Positions 8,823 through 18,252 are shown, numbered from the stretch's first letter. The stretch is 60,349 bases of DNA from Acidimicrobiales bacterium (GCA_020629695.1 JAHDCV010000002.1:37895-98243), one strand, 5' to 3'. A program made the numbers and translations. The notes: a model not told the origin generated them from the sequence alone.

Positions 8823-9791
8823 TCAGGCCGTCGCGTTCCAGCCCCGGTGATCGGACGACAGTTCGACCGTCACCTTCGGCTTCGGGCCACCCCAGGCGCC
8901 GACCACGAGACTCGGCCCGGCCGTGTGGATCCCGAGCAGACCCCGGTCGAGCCCCAGCTCCGTCGACGACGTGAGCGTCTGGCCGAACTCGGCCTCGAAC
9001 GTGTGCCGCAGCGTGTCGGAGAGCTCGGCCGAGCGGGGCTCCAGCACAGCGGCGAGTCGCGCCTCGCGCAGTTGGTGTTTCAGCGAGGTCCTGGTCGGCT
9101 CGGTCCGTCGGAACCGGCGCCACGACCTGGCCGGTGTGAAACCCGGACGCACGGCGACCTCGGTGCCGGCGAAGGCCACGCCGAGCAAGCTCTTCAGGCC
9201 ATCGCTGTCGACACCCGCTCCCGCGATGGCGAGGCGTTGCCATTCGGCACCGATCGCCAGGCCGAGGCGGGGCCGGGAGATCCGCACGACCACCCAGCAG
9301 CGATCGTCGAGCAGATGGGTCAACCGGATCGTCGCACGCTCCCAGCCGATCGGCCCCAGGTTGCCGGCGACGAGCACGCCGCGCCCGGTCCACAGCGCAG
9401 GGTCGGGGTCGGCCTGATCCACGTCGATCTCGCGGGAGGCCGCCCAGAGACGCTGGGCGTCGAGGAGCTCGTCACGCGCTCGATCCTTCGCCCGTTCGGC
9501 GTCGACCAGCGTCGGCGAAGGGGTGGCGATCTCGCCGCCGGGGCCCATCGGAGCGCCGACGACGGCCGAGGTCCGGAGCTCGCTCGCCTGGACGGCCTCC
9601 TCGTAGGCCGCGACCGCGTGGGTGAAGCGCGAGCGGGCGGCCAACAACACGCCGAAGGCGTGGTGGGTCTGGTCTCGTTGCTCCGCTGTGGCCCGGGCGA
9701 GACGAAGACGACGCCGCATCGCCAACTCACCCACCACCACGACGGAGACCACGGCCGCGACCACGGCTCCTGCTGCGACTGCCCACATCAC
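8823..9791 (-). CDS. hypothetical membrane-anchored protein
   Basis: N-terminal TM helix MMWAVAAGAVVAAVVSVVVVG, then a charged helical region. No recognisable domain. Confidence 0.45.
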   Translation of the reverse strand: MMWAVAAGAVVAAVVSVVVVGELAMRRRLRLARATAEQRDQTHHAFGVLLAARSRFTHAVAAYEEAVQASELRTSAVVGAPMGPGGEIATPSPTLVDAERAKDRARDELLDAQRLWAASREIDVDQADPDPALWTGRGVLVAGNLGPIGWERATIRLTHLLDDRCWVVVRISRPRLGLAIGAEWQRLAIAGAGVDSDGLKSLLGVAFAGTEVAVRPGFTPARSWRRFRRTEPTRTSLKHQLREARLAAVLEPRSAELSDTLRHTFEAEFGQTLTSSTELGLDRGLLGIHTAGPSLVVGAWGGPKPKVTVELSSDHRGWNATA

Positions 9792-9907
9792 CTGGGCGAG
9801 GCTAGCGGGGGGTGAACGTCGCGATGGAACGCTCGGCCCGATTGGATCCGGAGGTCCCGAATCAGCCCCGTGATTCCAGTGTCACACCCCCTCGTCAAGA
9901 TGGTCGC

Positions 9908-10096
9908 ATGAACACCGCACAGCTCCAGCTCGTTCCCGGGACCGCCTCCTCCCCGTGGCGCCTGAGCCACGAGACCCGCCGGATCGGTCGGGCCGGCATC
10001 GCCGAAGCCCGCGCCGCCCTCGCCGCCCGGGAGGTCGCCACGGCCCCCGAGGTCGACGAGTCCACCGACCTGCCCACCCTGCCGTTCGCCGCATGA
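9908..10096 (+). CDS. small hypothetical protein (62 aa)
   Basis: Begins MNTAQLQLVPGTASSPWRL in the intergenic space upstream of the thiolase. No homology recognised; could be non-coding. Confidence 0.2.
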   Translation: MNTAQLQLVPGTASSPWRLSHETRRIGRAGIAEARAALAAREVATAPEVDESTDLPTLPFAA

Positions 10097-10240
10097 GCGA
10101 CGTCCCCGGTCCGCCCTCGATCGACCGCGTTCGCCCGGCCGACGGCCTCTGCTCGGCCCGCAGGGGGCGCCCACGATCCGCACGGACCTCCATCGTCCCG
10201 GTTTTGCGCCCGTCGCTCGCCGGATGATCGACTTCGCGTC

Positions 10241-11419
10241 ATGACCGAGATCGTGATCATCGATGCCGTCCGCTCCCCCATCGGAAAGCGCAACGGCGGC
10301 CTGTCGTCCATGCATCCCGCCGAGCTCCTCTCCGCCGTGTTGCAGGGACTCGTCGAACGCACCGGGATCGATCCGGGCGAGGTCGGCCAGATCGTGACCG
10401 GCTGCGTCTCGCAGGTCGGCGAACAGTCCTTCAACATCGGCCGGACGGCCTGGCTGAGCGCCGGCTTCCCCCTCGAGGTGCCCGCCACCACCGTCGACAC
10501 GCAGTGCGGCAGCTCGCAGCAGGCGACCAACCTGGCTGCCGCGCTCGTCGGCTCCGGCGTGGTCGACGTCGCCATCGCCTGTGGCGTCGAGACGATGAGC
10601 CGGGTGCCGATCGGGTCCAACTCCTCGAAGAAGCTGGGATTGGGTGGGCCGATCCCGCCGACCTACTCCGATCATTACGAGATGACGAGCCAGTTCGAGG
10701 GGGCCGAGCGGATCGCCGACCACTGGGAGATCTCACGGGACGACACCGACGCGTTCGGACTTCGCTCGCAGGAACTCGCGGCACAGGCGTGGGCCGAGGA
10801 CCGCTTCGCCACCCAGATCGTGCCGATCGACGCCCCCGTCCTCGACGACGACGGCCAGCCCACCGGCGAGACCCGCCGCGTCGTTCGAGACGAGGGCCTG
10901 CGGGACACGAGCCTCGAGGGGCTGAGCAACCTGAAGCCGGTCGCCCGGCCCGATGGGGTCCACACCGCCGGATCGGCGTCGCAGATCTCCGACGGTGCCG
11001 CAGCGGTGTTGATGATGACGGCTGTGGCGGCCGAGCGGCTCGGTCTCACACCGATGGCGGCGATCGTGGACACGTGCCTCGTCGGGGTCGACCCCGAGTT
11101 CATGCTGACCGGACCGATCGATGCCACGAAGCACCTGCTCGATCGAAACCAGCTCTCCATCTCCGACATCGACGTGTTCGAGATCAACGAGGCCTTCGCA
11201 TCGGTCGTCCTGGCCTGGCAGAAGGAGCTCGGCCCCGACGCCGACGCGGTCAACCCGAACGGCGGCGCGATCGCGCTCGGCCACCCACTCGGGGGCACCG
11301 GTGCGTTCCTCATGACCAAGGCCGTGCACGAGCTCGCACGGACCGGAGCGAATCGAGGCCTGGTCTCGATGTGCTGCGGCGGCGGCATCGGGACCGGCAC
11401 GATCGTCGAGCGACGCTGA
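10241..11419 (+). CDS. fadA: acetyl-CoA C-acyltransferase (thiolase II / FadA-like)
   Basis: 392 aa. Active-site Cys region VDTQCGSSQQA, and the C-terminal catalytic NPNGGAIALGHPLGGTG / CCGGGIG motifs. Confidence 0.9.
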   Translation: MTEIVIIDAVRSPIGKRNGGLSSMHPAELLSAVLQGLVERTGIDPGEVGQIVTGCVSQVGEQSFNIGRTAWLSAGFPLEVPATTVDTQCGSSQQATNLAAALVGSGVVDVAIACGVETMSRVPIGSNSSKKLGLGGPIPPTYSDHYEMTSQFEGAERIADHWEISRDDTDAFGLRSQELAAQAWAEDRFATQIVPIDAPVLDDDGQPTGETRRVVRDEGLRDTSLEGLSNLKPVARPDGVHTAGSASQISDGAAAVLMMTAVAAERLGLTPMAAIVDTCLVGVDPEFMLTGPIDATKHLLDRNQLSISDIDVFEINEAFASVVLAWQKELGPDADAVNPNGGAIALGHPLGGTGAFLMTKAVHELARTGANRGLVSMCCGGGIGTGTIVERR

Positions 11420-11952
11420 CCCCGAACCGCACCGTCGTCGCGCTCGGCCTGATCGCCGCAGGCTGCACCCCGTTCGCCACCTCGACCCAATCCGACTCGG
11501 CGACGGTGTTCGCCGAGGTGGAGCACGTTGTCGACGGCGACACGGTCGACCTCCTCTTCGAAGACCCCACGGGAGTGATCGAGGAGCGGGTCCGGTTGAT
11601 CGGCATCGATGCGCCCGAGTCCGTCTCGCGCTCCGACCCCCAGCAGTGCTTCGGCTCCGAAGCATCCGACGCACTCACGGGCCTGTTGCCGGTCGGCAGT
11701 CAGGTCATCGTCATCCGAGACCGCGAGGCCCGCGACCGATTCGGTCGCCTGCTCGCCTACCTGGAGCGAACCGACGGCCTCGACGTCAACCTCTGGCTCA
11801 TCGAGCAGGGCTTCGCCGACGCACTGTTCTTCGAACCGAACACGAGCCGCCGGGGCGAGTTCACCGAGGCGGCGGAGACCGCACGCTCCGAGGGTCGGGG
11901 GCTCTGGGGTGTCTGTGATGGCCCGGACCAGCCGCTCGACCCTGGCGGATAA
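11371..11952 (+). CDS. thermonuclease (SNase/micrococcal nuclease-like) lipoprotein
   Basis: GTG at 11371 overlaps the thiolase 3' end by about 50 nt. Arg-rich n-region, then VVALGLIAAGC (lipobox AAGC). SNase motifs are present (DGDTVDL, RLIGIDAPE, GRGLWG). Confidence 0.7.
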   Translation: MLRRRHRDRHDRRATLTPNRTVVALGLIAAGCTPFATSTQSDSATVFAEVEHVVDGDTVDLLFEDPTGVIEERVRLIGIDAPESVSRSDPQQCFGSEASDALTGLLPVGSQVIVIRDREARDRFGRLLAYLERTDGLDVNLWLIEQGFADALFFEPNTSRRGEFTEAAETARSEGRGLWGVCDGPDQPLDPGG

Positions 11953-11961
11953 CTTGGTCGG

Positions 11962-12789
11962 GTGAGCCTTCTGAACCGCCTCGGGCTGGACGACGACGCC
12001 CGGGCGCTGATCATCACATGTGTCGGGCTCGGGACGATGCACGCGGCGAACGTCGCCGTCGAGGAGGCGTTGCGGGACGGGCTGGCCACCGATGCGACCC
12101 TGCACGTGCCGGGCCCCTGGGCGCGCGGTGCGATCTCGATCTGGAAGGACCGCCCCATCGGTGTCGGGCTGACCCTCAACGCGGAGTTCGATCACGTCCG
12201 ATGGGGACCGATCACGGTGGCACCGACGCTGCTCGACGGCGATGGCGGGTTCCCACGCACCGTCACGGACCTGTGGGAACACGCCGACACCGACGAGGTC
12301 CGGCGGGAGTGCCGGGCCCAGCTCGAACGGGCGATCGGTTGGGGCGTCGACGTCACCCATCTCGACGGGCACCTCCTCGCGCTCCACGGGCGGCCGGAGA
12401 TGTTCGACGTTCTGCTCGACCTCGCGGTGGAGTTCGCGCTCCCGATCTCCATGCCGGCCGACGACCTCGATCTCGGGTTCCCCGCGCGGGACCTGGCCGC
12501 CGACGAGGGCATCGTGATGGCCGACCACACGGTGCGCTGGCGAGCCGGTGTGGAGTCGCGCGAGGCCGTCATCGCAGCCCTCACCGATCTCCCGGCCGGC
12601 GTCACCGAACTCCAGGTACGTCCGACGGCCGACACCCCCGAACACCGGGCCATGACGCCGACGTGGCCGGCAGGAGTGGGCGACGCCCACCTCGTCACAC
12701 ACGACTGGGGTGTGCGCGCCGCGCTGCATCGCAGCGGCGCGGTCACGACCGGATTCGCGGCGCTCCGCTCGCTCCAGCGAGCGGACTGA
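11962..12789 (+). CDS. YdjC/ChbG-like carbohydrate deacetylase family protein (tentative)
   Basis: His/Asp-rich segments THLDGHLLALHGRP and HVRW. The family call is from memory of PF04794 motifs and is not firm. Confidence 0.4.
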   Translation: MSLLNRLGLDDDARALIITCVGLGTMHAANVAVEEALRDGLATDATLHVPGPWARGAISIWKDRPIGVGLTLNAEFDHVRWGPITVAPTLLDGDGGFPRTVTDLWEHADTDEVRRECRAQLERAIGWGVDVTHLDGHLLALHGRPEMFDVLLDLAVEFALPISMPADDLDLGFPARDLAADEGIVMADHTVRWRAGVESREAVIAALTDLPAGVTELQVRPTADTPEHRAMTPTWPAGVGDAHLVTHDWGVRAALHRSGAVTTGFAALRSLQRAD

Positions 12790-12798
12790 CCGTCCGGA

Positions 12799-13152
12799 TC
12801 AGCCTTCGGCCGCCAGGGCGCTGGCCAGCGCCGATCGTGTGTCCTCGCGTTCGAGGACGTGGAACAGCGCGGCCGCGGCCCGAACGGATCCCTCCGGCTT
12901 GAGATCGCCTCGCATGTAGTCCTGGGAGGGTGTGCCGGTGCCGTCGGCCAGCGCGGCGAGCTGCGTCGGTGAGAACGTCACCGACACGGTGGGCTCACCG
13001 GCGGGTTCGACGTCGACCACCTGTCCGCCGATGATCTGGATCGTGCTCGTCGATCCCGACGCCGTGATCTCGGCGACCGCGTCGAGGCCGTCGATCGGGT
13101 CGGGTGCACCGCCGGCGAACCGGGCTGCCGCGGCGATCGCTGCACCGCTCAC
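12799..13152 (-). CDS. SCP2 sterol-carrier-like domain protein
   Basis: 117 aa; the Gly/Ala-rich MSGAAIAAAARFAGG.. segment and the C-terminal helix are typical of the SCP2 fold. It overlaps the mca stop by 4 nt (an operon). Confidence 0.6.
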   Translation of the reverse strand: MSGAAIAAAARFAGGAPDPIDGLDAVAEITASGSTSTIQIIGGQVVDVEPAGEPTVSVTFSPTQLAALADGTGTPSQDYMRGDLKPEGSVRAAAALFHVLEREDTRSALASALAAEG

Positions 13153-14021
13153 GCGACACCCGCCAGGATGTCGGTCTCAGGGCGACGGACGGGGACCCGC
13201 GACCGGGCGAGGATGTAGTCGTCATACGGATAGGCCGATGCGGCGACGTCGTCCGGCAGCCCGAACCAGAACTTCTCGTTCGGGTCGCACTGGGTCGCAT
13301 GGGCGAGCAACGCCTGGGTCCTGGCCGAGTAGAACGGGCCGATGTCGACCGTGGTGGTGATCCGATGGTCCATACCCGGGCGCTCGAACCACCGCTCGTC
13401 GTAGGGCGACTCCACCCCGATCGCGGAGAACGCCTCGTGGTGGGCGAGCATCCGGCGACGGGCCCACATCATGTAATAGAGCTTCGCCGGGGCGTAGGGC
13501 TCGCCGGCGTCGGGGTACCAGTTCGGGTCACCGGCCCGCAGCCATGCCGGCACGCTGATGTCGTGCACCTTCAGGTGGTCGGGGTGGCGGTAGCCCTGCT
13601 GATCGTCGGCATAGGTGATGATCACGTCGGCCCGATGCGACCGGATCAGGCGAACGAGTCGTTCGACGGCTTCGTCGAGCGGGGCGTTCTGGAAGTTCGT
13701 CGGATCGGCGTTGGCCTCCATGTCGGGCATACCGGAATCCCGGTACCCGAGCATCTCGAGCGAGGTGTAGCCGATCGCTGCCACCGAGGCGTCGAGCTCG
13801 GCGGCGCGCACGGCCGGCAGGTCGGCCTCGACCTCGGGGCGCTTCATCGCCTCGTTGAGGATGTCGCCCTCCTCCCCCCCGGTGCAGCACACGAGCACGG
13901 CCTGATGACCCTCGGCGACATAGCGGGCGATCGTCGGCGCCCCCTTCGAGGCCTCGTCGTCGGGGTGGGCGTGCACGGTGAGGATCGTTGCCACGGACGT
14001 GACGATATCGGCGACCTTCAT
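13149..14021 (-). CDS. mca: mycothiol S-conjugate amidase (LmbE/PIG-L family; Mca-like rather than MshB)
   Basis: Starts MKVADIV... The HAHPDDE motif is present. Recalled Mca sequence matches closely along the length, including the C-terminus (ARSRVPVRRPETDILAGVA vs ARARVPVTLPEDDLFKGVE). The upstream 37 codons of the ORF-track ORF are judged read-through. Confidence 0.8.
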   Translation of the reverse strand: MKVADIVTSVATILTVHAHPDDEASKGAPTIARYVAEGHQAVLVCCTGGEEGDILNEAMKRPEVEADLPAVRAAELDASVAAIGYTSLEMLGYRDSGMPDMEANADPTNFQNAPLDEAVERLVRLIRSHRADVIITYADDQQGYRHPDHLKVHDISVPAWLRAGDPNWYPDAGEPYAPAKLYYMMWARRRMLAHHEAFSAIGVESPYDERWFERPGMDHRITTTVDIGPFYSARTQALLAHATQCDPNEKFWFGLPDDVAASAYPYDDYILARSRVPVRRPETDILAGVA

Positions 14022-14109
14022 CCGGCCTTCGAACCGCCGATGGGAACGACGAAGTTCGTGGGAACCCGGACAGCAGGGCCGACGTTTGAGATGCTGTCGG
14101 AACGTCGCT

Positions 14110-14127
14110 CGACAGATCCGACAGATC
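14110..14127. repeat. perfect 9-bp tandem direct repeat (CGACAGATC x2) in the mca / nfeD divergent promoter region
   Basis: An adjacent 6-bp inverted repeat CTGTCG-N10-CGACAG lies at about 14094-14115. Confidence 0.5.
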
Positions 14128-14152
14128 GCCACCCCTCAGGAGACACCAGACC

Positions 14153-14599
14153 ATGGACGACGGCATCGTGTTCGCCATCATCTTCGTCGGCCTCGCCGCC
14201 ACCCTCGGCATCGGCGAACTGCTGCTCACCGGGACGTTCTTCCTCCTCCCCTTCGCCGTCGGCGCGCTGCTCGCCGCCTTCGCGTCGCTGGTCTCCCCCT
14301 GGCTCGGGATCGCCGTGTTCCTCGTCGGCTCCGCCGCCGCCTTCTTCGCCCTGAAGCCGCTCGCCCGACGACTCGACGACTCGACGCCGAACCCCAGTGG
14401 CGTCGGGGCCAACCGCCTCGTCGGCGAGGCCGGCGTGGTCCTCGAGCAGATTCCGGGTGGACCGAGTCAGACCGGGCTGGTGCGGATCGGCCGAGAGAAG
14501 TGGCGCGCGGAGTCCTCCAGCGACGCCGGCATCGGCGTCGGCCAGAACGTCAGCGTGCTCGAAGTCGTCGGCACCAGGGTCATCGTGGAAACCCGATGA
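14153..14599 (+). CDS. NfeD-family membrane protein (OB-fold C-terminus), partner of the SPFH protein
   Basis: 148 aa; two to three TM helices, then a beta-rich C-terminal domain (GEAGVVLEQI..GLVRIGREKWRA). Immediately upstream of the SPFH gene. Confidence 0.7.
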   Translation: MDDGIVFAIIFVGLAATLGIGELLLTGTFFLLPFAVGALLAAFASLVSPWLGIAVFLVGSAAAFFALKPLARRLDDSTPNPSGVGANRLVGEAGVVLEQIPGGPSQTGLVRIGREKWRAESSSDAGIGVGQNVSVLEVVGTRVIVETR

Positions 14600-14648
14600 C
14601 CACACCTGCTCGCACCGCTCGCCCATTCCCCCAACCAGGAGGTCTCCT

Positions 14649-15767
14649 GTGCCGTTCCTGATCGGCTTACTGGCCGTCATCATCATCTTCGCCCTGGTCT
14701 ACGCCGCGGCCGGCATCCGGATCGTCCGCCCGTACCAGCGGGGCGTCATCGAGTACCTCGGCAAGTACAAGGAGACCGCGGACCCCGGCCTGCGGATCAT
14801 TCTCCCGTTCGTGCAACGCATGCGGATGGTCGACATGCGGGAGCAGGTCATCGACGTGCCCCCGCAGGAGGTCATCACCCAGGACAACGTCGCCGTCTCG
14901 GTCGACGCGGTCATCTACTTCGAGCCGACCGACCCCCAGCGCCTCATCTACAACGTGTCGAACTTCATCCTCGCCGTCACGAAGCTCGCGCAGACCAACC
15001 TGCGGAACGTGGTCGGCGAGATGTCGCTCGACGAGGCGTTCACGTCCCGCGAGCGGGTCAACGCCGCACTCCGCCAGATCCTCGACGACGCCACCGACAA
15101 GTGGGGTGTCCGGGTCGTTCGTGTCGAGATCCAGCGCATCGACCCACCGCAGGACGTCATGAACGCCATGCACGAGCAGATGAAGGCCGAGCGGACCCGA
15201 CGAGCCGTCGTGACCGAAGCCGAAGGTGCTCGTCAGGCGGCGATCACCCGTGCCGACGGCGAGAAGCAGGCCGCCATCCTCGAAGCAGAGGGTGTCCGCC
15301 AGCGCGACATCCTCACGGCCGAAGGTGAGGCACAGGCCGTGCGGACCCGGGCCGAAGCCGAACAGTTCCGCCTGGAGGTCGAAGCCCAGGGTGAGGCCCA
15401 CGCCCTCGAGAGCGTCTTCGGGGCCATCGACGAATCCGGTGTCGACGACCGCTTCCTGGCCCTGCGTTACATGGACGCGCTGGAGGGCATCGCCGACGGG
15501 AAGGCGACGAAGATCTTCCTCCCCGCCGACATGTCGAACACGATGGGCGCACTCGGCGGGATCGCCGAACTCTTCCGACCCGATCCCGATGACGACAACC
15601 CGACACCGGCACCCCGGATCCGAGCCGACGCCGCTCGTCGCGCCGAGACCGCGAAAGCGGCGGCCGAGCTCGAGGGGCGACCTCAACCGCAGCGTCGCCC
15701 GGCACCGAACCCGGCCCCGGCGCCCGGAGGCACCACCCCGCCACCTCCACGACGGGCGGGCGCGTAG
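14649..15767 (+). CDS. SPFH/band-7 (stomatin-like) protein
   Basis: GTG start preceded by AGGAGG. An N-terminal TM helix, then an SPFH core (IRIVRPYQRGVIEYLGKY...VDMREQV...TQDNV). Ala/Glu-rich coiled coil and a Pro-rich tail. Confidence 0.85.
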   Translation: MPFLIGLLAVIIIFALVYAAAGIRIVRPYQRGVIEYLGKYKETADPGLRIILPFVQRMRMVDMREQVIDVPPQEVITQDNVAVSVDAVIYFEPTDPQRLIYNVSNFILAVTKLAQTNLRNVVGEMSLDEAFTSRERVNAALRQILDDATDKWGVRVVRVEIQRIDPPQDVMNAMHEQMKAERTRRAVVTEAEGARQAAITRADGEKQAAILEAEGVRQRDILTAEGEAQAVRTRAEAEQFRLEVEAQGEAHALESVFGAIDESGVDDRFLALRYMDALEGIADGKATKIFLPADMSNTMGALGGIAELFRPDPDDDNPTPAPRIRADAARRAETAKAAAELEGRPQPQRRPAPNPAPAPGGTTPPPPRRAGA

Positions 15768-15770
15768 ACG

Positions 15771-17000
15771 TCAGACGTCGAGCGCCTCGAGGATGATCTC
15801 ACCGTCCTCGTCGTCGATCTCGATGCGCCAACCGAACAACTCGGCCAGGGCCTCCCGACCTTCCTCGGGACCCGACGCCAGCACACCGTCACCGGCCCGG
15901 AGCGTCTCCAGATGCCCGGGCCGGTACGCGTACCGGCCCTCCCGCTCGATGGCCAACACCGAGAAACCCGGCTCGATCGGCAACGAGAGCTCACCGAGAG
16001 CCCGGTCGGCGACGGCACTACCGGGGGCGACGGGCATCCGCACCACGACGTCGTCGGTGTCCCCGAGCGCCATCGCGAGGATGGGGTGGAGCTCCTGGGT
16101 TCCCTCGACGAGCCAGACCATCTGCTGGGCCTGATCGCCGATGTCCTCTGCGGCGGCGCCGAGATGGAGCAACCCACGGAGCGGGGCGGGATCGAGGCCG
16201 TCACCCGCCGCACGCAGCACCCAGGTCTCGAGACGGTGGTTCATCTCGTCGAGCCGATCCTCGAGGTGGCGGACCTCGGCTGCGAGCGACCGATCCCGGA
16301 GCACCAGGGCGGAGTAGGCGAGACCGACGGCCACCTCCGAGAGGTTCTTCATCTCGACCAGGACATCGATCGCCCGATCGAGGTCGCTCAGCGGTCCCGT
16401 GTCGTCGGCGACGGTCGGCGGCACCCATGCGGGCGCACCGGCGAGCTCGCGCAGCCGGGGGATCCCGGCGGGCGACCCGCGCAGGAACATCACGTCGTTC
16501 GGTTGCAGGATCTCGTCGCCGTCGGGGTCGACGATCCACCGTCGCGACCTGCGGATCGCCATGACCCGCAGACCGGTGACGACCGGCAACTCGAAACTCC
16601 CGAGCGGCCGGTTCGCGAAGTGCGAACCCTGGGCGATCTCGACGCGATGCGCGACCTCCTCGGCCTCGGAGAGATCCACGACGAGCGCTCGCGGGATACC
16701 GAGCCGGGCGGTCACGATCTTCGCGACGTCGACGGCATCGTTTCCGATGCGTTCGACCGCGCTCACGACCTGGAGCACCGCCGACATGGCCTCGGCCTCC
16801 TTCGCATGCCGGACCGCGACGATGCACAGGGTCCGCATGGCGTGCACCAGCTCGGAGAGTTCCTGCTCGAGCTCCTCGACCTCGTCCGCCATGTCCGGGT
16901 CGTCGAAGTACAACGACGCGTAGGCCAGGTCCACCATCAGCTCGCTGGTGTCCTTGGCCTCGGCCAACATCTCCCGCAGATTTCTGCCGTCCACTGCCAT
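15771..17000 (-). CDS. cytoplasmic regulator with 2x PhoU-like and 2x TrkA-C (RCK_C) domains
   Basis: Repeated PhoU-like helical segments (DLAYASLYFDD, GLAYSALVLRD) alternate with TrkA-C beta segments (GLRVMAIRR, FSVLAIEREGRYAYRP). Downstream of, and tightly linked to, the MgtE-like membrane gene. Confidence 0.6.
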   Translation of the reverse strand: MAVDGRNLREMLAEAKDTSELMVDLAYASLYFDDPDMADEVEELEQELSELVHAMRTLCIVAVRHAKEAEAMSAVLQVVSAVERIGNDAVDVAKIVTARLGIPRALVVDLSEAEEVAHRVEIAQGSHFANRPLGSFELPVVTGLRVMAIRRSRRWIVDPDGDEILQPNDVMFLRGSPAGIPRLRELAGAPAWVPPTVADDTGPLSDLDRAIDVLVEMKNLSEVAVGLAYSALVLRDRSLAAEVRHLEDRLDEMNHRLETWVLRAAGDGLDPAPLRGLLHLGAAAEDIGDQAQQMVWLVEGTQELHPILAMALGDTDDVVVRMPVAPGSAVADRALGELSLPIEPGFSVLAIEREGRYAYRPGHLETLRAGDGVLASGPEEGREALAELFGWRIEIDDEDGEIILEALDV

Positions 17001-17028
17001 CCTCAGACGCGCCGCTTCATCGCCGTGA

Positions 17029-18252
17029 TCATGCCACTCCCCACAGCAGGAGCGCACCGACGAGGGTCACGGCACCGACCACGTCGATCGTCGCCGTCAC
17101 GATCGGGATGCCGTGGTTGTCCGGATCCAGGCCGAACCGGACGACCAGCAACGTCCCGTAGTAGGCCACCAGGGCCACGACGGCGGTCGACACGAGACCG
17201 GCGGTCATCACCACGCCGATGAGCAGACCGAAGCCGGGCGTCGAGTGGTCGCCCCATGTGGCCGCCAGGCCGACCACGACGCCCAGCAGGAGGAAGATGG
17301 GCAACGCCAGCACCAACGTCGAGCGCATGTCATCGAGGGCGGCACCCCGAGGCCGTCGTCCAGCGTCGATCAGGCCGAGGTGGAACTTGGTCCCGAGCCG
17401 GTTGCTCAGGATCCCTCCGAGTGCTCCTGCGGTGGTGAGGTAGCCGGGGAGCAACACCAACAACACCGTGAAGGAGAGGAACTCGGCCTTGTTGCGTTCG
17501 ACGGCGACGCCCGCCAACAAGCTCAGCAGACCGGCGGCACACAGAACGGGGAGCGTCTCGCCGACGATCCTCCGGGCCGTCGCCATCGATGCGACGGCGA
17601 GTGGCGCCATCGAGGCCAGGCAGGCCACCACGGCGATCCACGCCATCGTGGTCGTCAGACCCCCACGATCGATGAACCGGGCTGCGAACACGAGCGTCGG
17701 AAGCGTCACGATGTCGCCGGCTGCCGTGACCATGGGCGCGGTCACGTTGTCGAGGTCCCAGCCGAACCGGACGGAGCCGAGGGTCAAGGCCATCGTGATC
17801 GCCACGACCACGACCGAGGCGAGAGCACCGCCGAGCACCGACACGACGATGAAGTCGGCGAGCCCGATCGGATTCTGCGTGTCGAGCACGAACAGGGTCA
17901 CGACCTCGGCGAGCCCGGCGAGCACGAGCGCCGCGGCCATCGAGGTCACCATCGAGGACACGAGGTTCTGCCCGAGCAACGAATCGGGTCGCCAGCTCCA
18001 GGCGAAGGTACCGGTCTGGATCGAGGTCGACAGTCGGCCTCCGAGCGGCCCGAAGACGTTTCCACGGAGTCCGATCGCCGGCGGCACGAACAGCAGGAGC
18101 CCGGGAAAGGACGCGAGATCGGACTCGAACGCCGCGAGCGTGAGCCCGGCCACGAGGCTGGCGACGACCGAGAGGCTGAGGGCTGCGAGGCTCTGACCGA
18201 TGTCGCCGAGACCCGGCCCGAGGACACCGCCGAGCGGCCGACGCACACGCAT
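17029..18252 (-). CDS. MgtE-like divalent cation transporter membrane protein (duplicated MgtE TM module, no cytoplasmic MgtE_N/CBS domains)
   Basis: Two copies of the MgtE TM-domain signature around LDNVTAPMVT and DPDNHGIPIVT. About 10 TM helices. Start MRVRRPLGG at 18252. Confidence 0.65.
   Translation of the reverse strand: MRVRRPLGGVLGPGLGDIGQSLAALSLSVVASLVAGLTLAAFESDLASFPGLLLFVPPAIGLRGNVFGPLGGRLSTSIQTGTFAWSWRPDSLLGQNLVSSMVTSMAAALVLAGLAEVVTLFVLDTQNPIGLADFIVVSVLGGALASVVVVAITMALTLGSVRFGWDLDNVTAPMVTAAGDIVTLPTLVFAARFIDRGGLTTTMAWIAVVACLASMAPLAVASMATARRIVGETLPVLCAAGLLSLLAGVAVERNKAEFLSFTVLLVLLPGYLTTAGALGGILSNRLGTKFHLGLIDAGRRPRGAALDDMRSTLVLALPIFLLLGVVVGLAATWGDHSTPGFGLLIGVVMTAGLVSTAVVALVAYYGTLLVVRFGLDPDNHGIPIVTATIDVVGAVTLVGALLLWGVA

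Noticed and set aside
10675-12729. 684-aa minus-strand ORF
   Set aside because: It lies antisense to the thiolase, nuclease and YdjC-like genes. The composition is Arg/Pro/Gly-rich low complexity, typical of wrong-strand ORFs in 70% GC DNA, and it has no motifs.
14041-14066. GAAC-N6-GTTC-like element (gaacgacgaagttc) in the mca/nfeD intergenic region
   Set aside because: The spacer is 6, not 4, so it does not fit the Cheo-box geometry.
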